Of a stretch of 64,000 nt of DNA, positions 53,101 to 64,000 are shown piece after piece. The first letter of the stretch is position 1. Every line of letters begins with the position of its first letter. This stretch comes from Eledone cirrhosa (Eukaryota): NCBI GenBank assembly GCA_964016885.1, contig OZ024742.1, positions 358,298,001-358,362,000 on the forward strand. Direction: 5' to 3'. Under the pieces are notes generated by a model. It was not told the origin of the DNA, searched no databases, and worked only from the letters and a program-made list of their open reading frames with translations. The position numbers were made by a program, and so were the translations under genes.

Positions 53101-56100
53101 ACTGAGAGCCTGTGGTGTTTGGTGGAGTTGGGCCACTGACAGCCTGTGGTATTTGGTAGAGTTGGGCCACCGACAGCCTGTGGTGTTTGGTAGAGTTGGG
53201 CCACTGACAGCGTGTGGTGTTTGGCAGAGTTGGGCCAGTGACAGCCTGTGGTGTTTGGTAGAGTTGGGCCACTGACAGCCTGAGGTGTTTGGTAGAGTTG
53301 GGCCACTGACAGCCTGTGGTATTTGGTAGAGTTGGGCCACTGACAGCCTGTGATGTTTGGTAGAGTTGGGCCACTGACAGCCTGTGGTGTTTGGTAGAGT
53401 TGGGCCACTGACAGCCTGTGGTATTTGGTAGAGTTGGGCCACTGACAGCCTGTAATGTTTGGTAGATTTGGGCCACTGACAGCCTGTGGTGTTTGGTAGA
53501 GTTGGGCCACTGACAGCCTGTGGTGTTTGGTGGAGTTGGGCCACCGAGAGCTTGTGGTGTTTGGTAGAGTTGAGCCACTGACAGCCTGTGGTGTTTGGTA
53601 GAGTTAGGCCACTGACAGCCTGTGGTGTTTGGTGGAGTTGGGCCACTGACAGCCTGTGGTGTTTGGTAGAGTTGGGCCACTGACAGCTTGTGGTGTTTGG
53701 TGGAGTTGGGCCACTGACAGCCCGTGGTGTTTGGTAGAGTTGGGCCACTGACAGCCTGTGATGTCTGGCAGAGTTTGCCAGTGACAGCCTGTGGTGTTTG
53801 GTAGAGTTGGGCCACTGACAGCCTGTGATGTTTGGTGGAGTTGGGCCACTGACAGACTGTGAGAAGTTTGGTAGAGTTGGGCCACTGACAGCCTGTGGTG
53901 TTTGGTGGAGTTGGGCCACTGACAGCCTGTGGTGTTTGGTGGAGTTGGGGCACTGACAGCCTGTGGTGTTTGGTAGAGTTGGGCCACTGACAGCTTGTGG
54001 TGTTTGGTGGAGTTGGGCCACTGACAGCCTGTGGTGTTTGGTAGAGCTGGGCCACTGACAGCCTGTGGTGTTTGGCAGAGTTTGCCAGTGACAGCCTGTG
54101 GTGTTTGGTAGAGTTGGGCCACTGACAGCCTATAGTATTTGGTAGAGTTGGGCCACTGACAGCCTGTGGTGTTTGGCAGAGTTGGGCCTGTGACAGCCTG
54201 TGGTGTTTGGTAGAGTTGGGCCACTGACAGCCTGAGGTATTTGGTAGAGTTGGGCCACTGACAGCCTGTGTTGTTTGGTTGAGTTGGGCCACTGACAGCC
54301 TGTGGTATTTGGTGGAGTTGGGCCACTGACAGCCTGTGGTGTTTGGTAGAGTTGGGCCACGTACAGCTTGTGTTGTTTGGTAGAGTTGAGTCACTGACAG
54401 CCTGTGCTGCTTGGTAGAGTTGGGCCACTGACAGCCTATGGTGTTTAGTGGAGTTGAGCCACTGACAGCCTGTGGTATTAGGTAGAGTTGGGCCACTGAC
54501 AGCCTGTGGTATTTGGTAGAGTTGGGCCACTGACAGCCTGTGGTGTTTGGCAGAGTTAGGCCACTGACAGACTGTGGTGTTTGGTAGACTTGGGCCACTG
54601 ACAGACTGTGGTGTTTAGTAGAGTTCGGCCACTGACAGCCTGTGGTGTTTGGTAGAGTTGGGCCACTGACAGCCTGTGGTGTTTGGTGGAGTTGGGCCAC
54701 TGACAGACTGTGGTGTTTGGTAGAGTTGGGCCACTGACAGACTGTGGTGTTTGGTAGAGTTGGGCCACTGACAGCCTGTGGTGTTTGGTGGAGTTGGGCC
54801 ACTGACAGACTGTGGTGTTTGGTAGACTTGGGCCACTGACAGACTGTGGTGTTTGGTAGAGTTGGGCCACTGACAGCTTGTGGAGTTTGGTAGAGTTGTG
54901 CCACTGACAGCTTGTGGTGTTTGGTAGAGTTGGGCCACTGACAGCCTGTGGTATTTGGTGAAGTTGGGCCACTGACAGACTGTGGTGTTTGTTAGACTTG
55001 GGCCACTGACAGACTGTCGTGTTTGTTAGACTTGGGCCACTGACAGACTGTGGTGTTTAGTAGAGTTGGGCCACTGACAGCCTGTGGTGTTTGGTGGAGT
55101 TGGGCCACTGACAGACTGTGGTGTTTGGTAGAGTTGGGCCACTAAAAGCCTGTGGTGTTTGGTAGAGTTGGGCCACTGACAGCTTGTGGTGTTTGGTAGA
55201 GTTGGGCCACTGACAGCCTGTGCTGTTTGGTGGAGTTGTGCCGCTGACAGTCTGTGGTGTTTGGTAGAGTTGGGCCACTGACAGCCTGTGAGAAGTTTGG
55301 TAGAGTTGGGCCACTGACAGCCTGTGGTGTTACGTGGAGTTGGGCCACTGACAGCCTGTGGTGTTTGGTGGAGTTGGGGCACTGACAGCCTGTGGTGTTT
55401 GGTAGAGTTGGGCCACTGACAGCTTGTGGTGTTTGGTGGAGTTGGGCCACTGACAGCCTGTGGTGTTTGGTAGAGTTGGGCCACTGACAGCCTGTAGTGT
55501 TTGGTAGAATTGGGCCACTGACAGCCTGTGGTGTTTGGCAGAGTTTGCCAGTGACAGCCTGTGGTGTTTGGTAGAGTTGGGCCACTGACAGCCTATAGTA
55601 TTTGGTAGAGTTGGGCCACTGACAGCCTGTGGTGTTTGGCAGAGTTGGGCATGTGACAGCCTGTGGTGTTTGGTAGAGTTGGGCCACTGACAGCCTGAGG
55701 TATTTGGTAGAGTTGGGCCACTGACAGCCTGTGTTGTTTGGTTGAGTTGGGCCACTGACAGCCTGTGGTATTTGGTGGAGTTGGGCCACTGACAGCCTGT
55801 GGTGTTTGGTAGAGTTGGGCCACGTACAGCTTGTGTTGTTTGGTAGAGTTGAGTCACTGACAGCCTGTGCTGCTTGGTAGAGTTGGGCCACTGACAGCCT
55901 ATGGTGTTTAGTGGAGTTGAGCCACTGACAGCCTGTGGTATTAGGTAGAGTTGGGCCACTGACAGCCTGTGGTATTTGGTAGTGTTGGGCCACTGACAGC
56001 CTGTGGTGTTTGGCAGAGTTGGGCCACTGACAGACTGTGGTGTTTAGTAGAGTTCGGCCACTGACAGCCTGTGGTGTTTGGTAGAGTTGGGCCACTGACA

Positions 56101-58899
56101 GCCTGTGGTGTTTGGTGGAGTTGGGCCACTGACAGACTGTGGTGTTTGGTAGAGTTGAGCCACTGACAGACTGTGGTGTTTGTTAGACTTGGGCCACTGA
56201 CAGACTGTGGTGTTTGGTAGAGTTGGGCCACTGACAGCTTGTGGAGTTTGGTAGAGTTGGGCCACTGACAGCTTGTGGTGTTTGGCAGAGTTGGGCCACT
56301 GACAGCCTGTGGTATTTGGTGAAGTTGGGCCACTGACAGACTGTGGTGTTTGTTAGACTTGGGCCACTGACAGACTGTGGTGTTTGTTAGACTTGGGCCA
56401 CTGACAGACTGTGGTGTTTAGTAGAGTTGGGCCACTGACAGCCTGTGGTGTTTGGTGGAGTTGGGCCACTGACAGACTGTGGTGTTTGGTAGAGTTGGGC
56501 CACTAAAAGCCTGTGGTGTTTGGTAGAGTTGGGCCACTGACAGCTTGTGGTGTTTGGTAGAGTTGGGCCACTGACAGCCTGTGGTGCTTGGTAGAGTTTG
56601 GCCACTAACAGCCTGTGAGACGTTTGGTAGAGTTGGGCCACTGACAGCTTGTGGTGATTGGTAGAGTTGGGTCACTGACAGCCTGTGGTGTTTGGTAGAT
56701 TTGGGCCACTGACAGCTTGTGGTGTTTGGTAGAGTTGGGCCACTGACAGCTTGTGGTGTTTGGTAGAGTTGGGCGACTGACAGCCTGTGGTGTTTGGTGG
56801 AGTTGGGCCACTGACAGCCTGTGGTATTTGGTGGGGTTGGGCCACTGACAGCCTGTGGTGTTTGGTAGAGTTGGGCCACTGACAGCCTGTGGTGTTTGGT
56901 AGAGTTGGGCCACTGACAGCCTGTTGTGTTTGGTAGAGTTGGGCCACTGACAGCCTGTGGTGTTTGGTGGAGTTGGGCCACTGACAGCCTGTGGTGTTTG
57001 GTAGAGTTGGGCCACTGACAGCTTGTGGTGTTTGGTGGAGTTGGGCCACTGACAGCCTCTGGTGTTTGGTAGAATTGGGCCACTGACAGCCTGTGGTGTT
57101 TGGTAGAGTTGGGCCACTGACAGCCTGTGGTGTTTAGTGGAGTTGGGCCACAGACAGCCTGTGGTGCTTGGTAGAGTTGGGCCACTGACAGCCTGTGGTA
57201 TTTGGTGAAGTTGGGCCACTGACAGCCTGTGGTTTTTGGTGGGGTTGGGCCACTGACAGCCTGTGAGACGTTTTGTAGATTTGGGCCACTGACAGCCTGT
57301 GGTGTTTGTGGAGTTGGGCCACTGACAGCGTGTGGTGTTTGGTAGAGTTGGGCCACTGACAGCCTGTGGTGTTTGGTGGAGTTGGGCCACTGATAGCCAG
57401 TGAGACGTTCGGTAGAGTTGGGCCACTGACAGCCTGTGGTGTTTGGTAGAGTTGGGCCACTGACAGCCTATGGTGTTTCGTAGAGTTGGGCCACTGACAG
57501 CCTGTGGTGTTTGGTGGAGTTGGGCCACTGATAGCCAGTGAGACGTTCGGTAGAGTTGGACCACTGACAGCCTGTGGTGTTTGGTGGAGTTGGGCCACTG
57601 ACAGCCTGTGAGACGTTTGGTAGAGTTGGGCCACTGACAGCTTGTGTTCTTTGGTAGAATTGGGCCACTGACAGCTTGTGGTGTTTGGTAGAGTTGGGCC
57701 ACTGACAGCCTGTGGTGTTTGGTAGAGTTGGACCACTAACAGCCTGTGAGACGTTTGGTAGAGTTGGGCCACTGACAGCTTGTGGTGTTTGGTAGAATTG
57801 GGCCACTGACAGCTTGTGGTGTTTGGTAGAGTTGGGGCACTGACAGCCTGTGGTGTTTGGTAGAGTTGGGCCACTGACACCCTGTGGTGTTTGGTGGAGT
57901 TGTGCCGCTGACAGCGTGTGGTGTTTGGTAGAGTTGGGCCACTGACAGCCTGTGGTGTTTGGTAGAGTTGGGCCACTGATAGCATGTGGTGTTTGGTGGA
58001 GTTGGGCCACTGACAGCCTGTGGTGTTTGTTGGAGTTGGGCCACTGACAGCCTGTGGTATTTGGTGGAGTTGGGCCACTGACAGCCTGTGGTGTTTTGTA
58101 GTGTTGGGCCACTGACAGCCTGTGGTGTTTGGTGGAGTTGGGCCACTGACAGCCTGTGGTGTTTGGTAGAGTTGGGCCACTGACAGCTTGTGGTGTTTGG
58201 TAGAGTTGGGCCACTGACAGCCTATGGTGTTTGGTAGAGTTGGGCCACTGACAGCCTGTGGTGTTTGGTGGAGTTGGGCCACTGACAGCCTGTGGTGTTT
58301 GGTAGAGTTGGGCCACTGACAGCCTGTGGTGTTTTGTAGTGTTGGGCCACTGACAGCCTGTGGTGTTTGGTGGATTTGGGCCACTAACAGCCTGTGGTAT
58401 TTGGTAGATTTGGGCCACTGACAGCTTGTGGTCTTTGGTAGAATTGGGCCACTGACAGCTTGTGGTGTTTGGTAGAGTTGGGCCACTGACAGCTTGTGGT
58501 GTTTGGTAGAGTTGGTCCACGGACAGCTTGTGGTGTTTGGTAGAGTTGGGCCACTGACAGCTTGTGGTGTTTGGTAGAGTTGGGCCACTGACAGCCTGTG
58601 GTGTTTGGTAGAGTTGGGCCACTGACAGCTTGTGGTATTTGGTGGAGTTGGGCCACTGACAGCTTTTGGTATTTGGTGGAGTTGGGCCACTGATAGCCTG
58701 TGGTGTTTGGTAGAGTTGGGCCAGTGATAGCCTATGGTGTTTGGTAGAGTTGGGCCACTGACAGCCTGTGGTGTTTGGTAGAGTTGGGCCACTGACAGCT
58801 TGTGGTGTTTGGTGGAGTTGGGCCACTGACAGCCTGTGGTATTTGGTGGAGTTGGGCCAGTGACAGGCTGTGGTGTTTTGTAGAGTTGGGCCCCTGACA
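50198..58899. repeat. 34-bp minisatellite array, ~256 copies
   Basis: Consensus TGACAGCCTGTGGTGTTTGGTRGAGTTGGGCCAC. Confidence 0.98.
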
Positions 58900-60661
58900 A
58901 CGAAGTTCTCATCTTCACTGGTGGTTCACCATACTGAGGTGTCAGGTAATGCACATGAGGGTACCTGGTTGTTTCAGTGCCTTAGCCTCACCATCACCTA
59001 TGGTAACGTTCCAAGCTTATTGTCTTTCCTCAAAACATTCTGTTGACCTGTATGATGTGATATGTGGCCGATTCTCACAATTCGCAGTCAATTGATGGTC
59101 ACTTTTGGTTTTGCTTCCCCTTCTTTTTTTCTTTCACCTACTCTGGTCATGTGTTTTGGTGTTGTTGTTGTGAGGTTCCTGACAATGGTTGGTTGCATTT
59201 CTTATATGTTTATATTTGTAATGTTATTCTGAAAGCATTGTAAAAAATGTGTAATTTTAATTATGTATATATATATATACATGTGATTGTGTGTATATAT
59301 ATGCATGTGTTTGTGTGTATATACACATGTGATTGTGTTTATGTATGCATGTGATTGTGTGTATATATATATGTATGTGTTCATGTCTATATATGTATGT
59401 GTTTGTGTGTATGTAAGAATGTCATTGTGTGTATGCATGTATGTGATTATGTGTATGTGTGTATGTGATTGTGTGTATATATGTATATGTTTATGTGTAT
59501 GTATGTATATGTTTATGTGTGTGTATGTATATGATTGTGTGTATTATATGATGGTGTATATGGAGGCACATGCCTTAGTGGTTAGACCATTGGCCTTGCA
59601 ATCGAAAGGTGGTGAGTTCAATTCTCAGACCGGGTGATGTGTTGTTTCCTTGAGCAAGACACTTTATTTCACATTACTCCAGTTTACTCAGCTGTAGAAA
59701 TGAGATGATAGGGACTGGGATCCCTATCATTCCACTGCAAAGTGGTCGTGGAGGTGCCACGGCAAAAAAGCAACCAGCACTCACTGTAAATGAGGTTGGT
59801 GTTAGGAAGGGCATCCAGCTGTACAATTCAAGCCAGAATCAGTTCCCATCCCACCCTTGCAAGCATGGAAAAGCGGGCGTAAAATGATGATGATGATGAT
59901 GATGATGATGATATGTATGCATCTGATTGTGTGTGTATCTATGTATATGATGGTGTATATGTATGCATGTGATTATGTTGATGGACAGAGAAATGTTGAG
60001 TATAATAAATTGGATGCAGGTTTTCTTGTTCTGTTATTTTCGTAAACATCTGTGACATATGAGTGTATGCAGTTATTTGAATTAAGATTAATATATTGCT
60101 TGTACTTATTTCAGTGATCAGAGGGAAGAAAGTGAAACTTATCTCAATGAAATGTGCACTCAAAACAGAACAAAATTAAATTTAGAGAAAGAATTTATTA
60201 TAAGTTCTGCCAGTTATATTGAAACACTCCATCTACTTAAAGCTGGCCACATTAAATATATTAGTGTCCTGACTAGGAACAAAACATTTTATTTTCTAAA
60301 ACTAAATTGAATTGCATAGTCACGAAAAGAAGGCTTTAAATAAATGTTATATGTATATACATACATACATACATATATATATATATATAAGTGAAGGCAC
60401 ATGGCTTAGTTTTTAGAGCATTGGGCTTACATTCGAAAGGTTGTTAGTTCAATTCTCGGACCGGGTGATGTGTTGTTTCCTTGAGCAAGACACTTTAATT
60501 CATGTTGCTCCAGTTTACTCAGCTGTAGAAATGAGTACCAGCCTGCCCACCCAGCCAGTGGGATGGCGTTATAATATGGCTAAAACAGCACGACGTGCTG
60601 TGACCAGCGGCGCCAATTGGTGCCCGACAGACTGGTCGGTCAAGGTGATATATATATGTAT

Positions 60662-62224
60662 ATCATCATCATCATCATCATCAGGTTTAGCGTCCGTGTT
60701 CCACGCTTGCATGGGTTTGGACGGGGGTTTTCCCACTTGAGGCAAGAGTGGTTGTCTTGCTCGCATAGGACTGTCTGGCAGGTTTTCTACAGTTGGATGC
60801 CCTTCCTAACACCAACCACATTTACAGTGTGGGGCTGGGAGGTTTTTACCGTGTTGCCTACACGGCCACATTACAGCGTGGACTGTCTGGCGGGTTTTCT
60901 ACAGTTGGATGCCCTTCCTAACACCAACCACATTTACAGTGTGGGGCTGGGAGGTTTTTACCGTGTTGCCTACACGGCCACATTACAGCGTGGACTGTCT
61001 GGCGGGTTTTCTACAGTTGGATGCCCTTCCTAACACCAACCACATTTACAGTGTGGGGCTGGGAGGTTTTTACCGTGTTGCCTACACGGCCACATTACAG
61101 CGTGGACTGTCTGGCGGGTTTTCTACAGATGGATGCCCTTCTTAACACCAACCACATTTACAGTGTGGGGCTGGGAGGTTTTTACCGTGTTGCCTACACG
61201 GCCACATTACAGCGTGGACTGTCTGGCGGGTTTTCTACAGTTGGATGCCCTTCCTAACACCAACCACATTTACAGTGTGGGGCTGGGAGGTTTTTACCGT
61301 GTTGCCTACACGGCCACATTACAGCGTGGACTGTCTGGCGGGTTTTCTACAGCTGGATGCCCTTCCTAACACCAACCACATTTACAGTGTGGGCTGGGAG
61401 GTTTTTACCGTGTTGCCTACACGGCCACATTTACAGCGTGGACTGTGTGTTTTTTTATCGTGACACCTACACGATCTCATTTGTTTCGGCCTGGATGTTG
61501 TGGGACCAACATAACTTTACATTGAAAGGGGCGGTGTGGATGGGGTGGAGGTGGTGGGACGCGGGATTTGATAGAGATGCCTACTGACTGTAGTAGGTTT
61601 TTACTTTGTATTTAGGTAAGGCGGGTCTTCTCTATTACTGAGTACCGCCAAAGGTCTCGGTCCAGTGACATTGTCTTGGAGAGGTGTAAGCGTGTGAGGT
61701 CGGAATTTATCAGCTCGTCCCATGTTTTTCTGGGTCTGCCTACTCCGTGGCTACCGTCTATCTTTATTGCCCTGCACTTTGTTATACAGCTGTCGTCTTT
61801 CATGCGCATCACGTGACCGTACCAACGTAGCCTTCTCTCGAGTAAACAAGATCTGATCCCTCTTATTTCTAATTTTTTCCTTAGTTCGTTTATGCTTTGC
61901 CGTTCACGTATATTACTATTGCACATCCAGCGGAGCATGCAAGCTTCGTTCCTCTCTAGTCTGCGTATATCCTCTGCACACAATGCCCAGGTCTCACTGC
62001 CATGCAGCTTTGCTGTTCGTATGCATGCATCGTATAACCTGCCTTTCATTTTTAGGGAGAACCCTCTAGCGGCTAATAGTGGTATAAGCTCTCTGAACTT
62101 TTTCCATCCAGTTCTGACTCTAGCTACTGTACTTTCAGAGCACCCTCCCCCACTGCTGATTTTGTCACCCAGGTAACGGAAGCTGTCCACTATTTCTATA
62201 GAACCCTCTGCGCAGTTGAAGGAG
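60662..62224 (-). mobile_element. RTE subfamily 2 copy, 5'-truncated, with expanded 3'UTR
   Basis: ORF part 61612-62224 nearly identical in protein to 35050-35663; (ATG)n tail. Confidence 0.92.
60768..61446. repeat. 112-bp tandem repeat x6 inside RTE 3'UTR
   Basis: ggactgtctggc at 60768, 60880 and onward with period 112. Confidence 0.95.
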
Positions 62225-62255
62225 TATATGTATATATATATACATATATATATAC

Positions 62256-62308
<53 letters not shown>

Positions 62309-62453
62309 TACTTTGGGAGGGTCATGTTGCCAATAAGAAACACACGCACCAGTTGCTTTCACTTCAATTTATTATAATAAATTTATAAATTTAGGAATTT
62401 ATAAATTTCTGGTTGGCTGGTTGGTTCCATAACCAGATGATTCTTTATATATT

Positions 62454-62496
62454 GTCAAAGTTCTTTCGTCACACATTCCGTGACCTCTTCAGTGAC
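62454..62496 (-). ncRNA. Type I minimal hammerhead ribozyme
   Basis: Minus: gtca-CTGAAGA-gGTCACg gaatg tGTGAC-GAAAG-aa-CTT-tgac. Confidence 0.65.
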
Positions 62497-62660
62497 TAGG
62501 GATTCTTTTATTTGTTTTTGTGCCTCTCCTTTGTTCTGTCCTACGCCATCTTGTTTTTGTTCTGTCACACGCCATCTTGTTTTTGTGTGTGTCACACACA
62601 AAAACAAGATGGTGTAGGACAGAACAAAGGAGAGGCACAAAAACAAAGAAAAAATCCCCA

Positions 62661-62703
62661 GTCACTGAAGAGGTCACAGAATGTGTGACGAAAGCATTTT
62701 GAC
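62661..62703 (+). ncRNA. Type I minimal hammerhead ribozyme (mirror copy)
   Basis: gtca-CTGAAGA-gGTCACA gaatg TGTGAC-GAAAG-ca-TTT-tgac. Confidence 0.65.
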
Positions 62704-62946
62704 AATATATAAACAATCATCTGGTTGTGGAACCAACCAACCAACCAGAAATTTATAAATTCCTAAATTTATAAATTTATTATAATAAATTGAAGAGAAA
62801 GCAACTGGTGCGTGTGTTTCTTATTGGCAACAAGACCCTCCCAAAGTATAACAATATCGGTTTCAACACACGTTTTCAGATAAAGAATGTTGCTAAACAA
62901 ATTCAGAAACGAAATATATATTTATATATATATACATATATATATA

Positions 62947-63846
62947 CGAGGTGTGTCAGAAACGTTCCAGGACTAATGTCACAAAAGATTTAGTTCAAAC
63001 CCAAACTTCACACTAAGAATTTTCTCCTTCAAAGTAATCCCCCTGGAGTATGTAACTAATCTTAGCTCTCTGCAGCGATCAAACTTTTTTCTTCATAATT
63101 TTATATACATGTCCTCTGTTTCAGGTCGTCAAGCAATGAACACAGAGAAATGAACAAACTTGAAAACTCCATCCTGCTGGGATTACTGCAGCAAGTGTAT
63201 GGATATGAGAGGATGTCATGCTCACGTGTTTTCAAGTGGTGCAAGAGATTTAAAGAAGGACACGAACACGTGGAAGATGACCCCAGGCCCTCAACAACCA
63301 GGACTGAGGTCAATGTTGAGCGCGTCAGGCACATAGTTCATAGCAATCGTCGGCTGACTGTTCGACTGATGGCAAATGAGCTGGGCATGAATCGGGACAG
63401 TGTCTGGAAGATTCTCACTGAAGATTTGGATATGCGGAAAGTCTGCGCCAAGATGGTGCCAAAACTGCTGAATGATGATCAGAAGGGTCGACGCATGCAA
63501 GTGTGCCAGGACATCCTCGAGCGTCTTGAAACCGAATCAGACTTACTAGGGACAGTCATCACCAGTGATGAGTCATAGATCTTCGAATACGACCCGGGGG
63601 GGACCCATTTTGAAGACGTGGACGAGATCAAAAAGGCCGTGACAACGGAACTGAGGAGGATCCCAGAAGAATCCTTCCAGGAGTGCATGCAAGCGTGGAA
63701 GAAAAGGATGGAAAAGTGCAGGGAGATTACTTTGAAGGAGAAAACTCCAGGGGGATTACTTTGAAGGAGAAAACTCTTAGTGTGAAGTCTGGGTTTGAAA
63801 TAAATCTTTTGTGACATCAGTCCTGGAACTTTTCTGACCCACCTCT
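62947..63846 (+). mobile_element. Internally deleted mariner transposon with ~100-bp inverted ends, TA target
   Basis: Transposase remnants VFKWCKRFKEG, EDDPR, KVCAKMVPKLL, ITSDES*IFEYDP, GDYFEG; TA|CGAGG..CCTCT|TA. Confidence 0.9.
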
Positions 63847-63848
63847 TA

Positions 63849-63913
<65 letters not shown>

Positions 63914-64000
63914 GAATGCATGTATAGTATATTTGGTAATATACCGTATGTTTAATTAAAAACATTTTGAAGACCTTGCGCTATCATTTTAAAGTAGTGA

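Larger units (their letters stand above)
62305..62852. repeat. Fold-back palindrome (~270-bp arms) carrying hammerheads
   Basis: Centre ttttgtgtgtg-t-cacacacaaaa near 62592; arms diverged by several percent. Confidence 0.92.

Noticed and set aside
50000-54904. 1634-aa ORF as a bona fide gene
   Set aside because: Entirely minisatellite-derived, starts at a non-ATG codon inside the array and gives the same peptide in all frames; kept only as a hypothesis
50198-58899. CRISPR array (repeat length 34 bp)
   Set aside because: Units are contiguous with no unique spacers, there are no cas genes and the context is eukaryotic
58900-59200. Unique N-terminal coding exon leading into the minisatellite
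   Set aside because: Stops in all frames upstream; RIGHISH suggests a decayed RTE zinc-finger end instead

Overview
AT-rich eukaryotic DNA made almost entirely of repeats; no host protein-coding gene could be supported. The repeat families (tRNA-headed SINEs, RTE LINEs with (ATG)n tails, dense (TA)n tracts) suggest an invertebrate, probably an octopus-like cephalopod (inference). Contents: a full-length degenerate Tx1/L1-type LINE (16.1-21.9 kb, minus) plus two fragments; R4/Dong-type and CRE-type RLE fragments; two long-ORF 5'-truncated RTE LINEs with an internal PHD finger; a Penelope-like element (RT + GIY-YIG, 41.5-44.9 kb) with inverted pseudo-LTRs; two SINE families; two Helitron-like elements; a rearranged mariner; an 8.7 kb array of a 34-bp minisatellite (50.2-58.9 kb). 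The most striking signal is about a dozen type I minimal hammerhead ribozyme motifs from at least six unrelated sequence families. They lie in short Penelope-type modules embedded in (TA)n tracts, and many form fold-back palindromes whose apex falls on the ribozyme. A second pattern is microsatellite partitioning: Penelope modules and RTE in (TA)n; Tx1, its partner SINE and Dong in (TAA)n, including a head-to-head Tx1/Dong chimera. All calls and coordinates were read by eye; boundaries are approximate.
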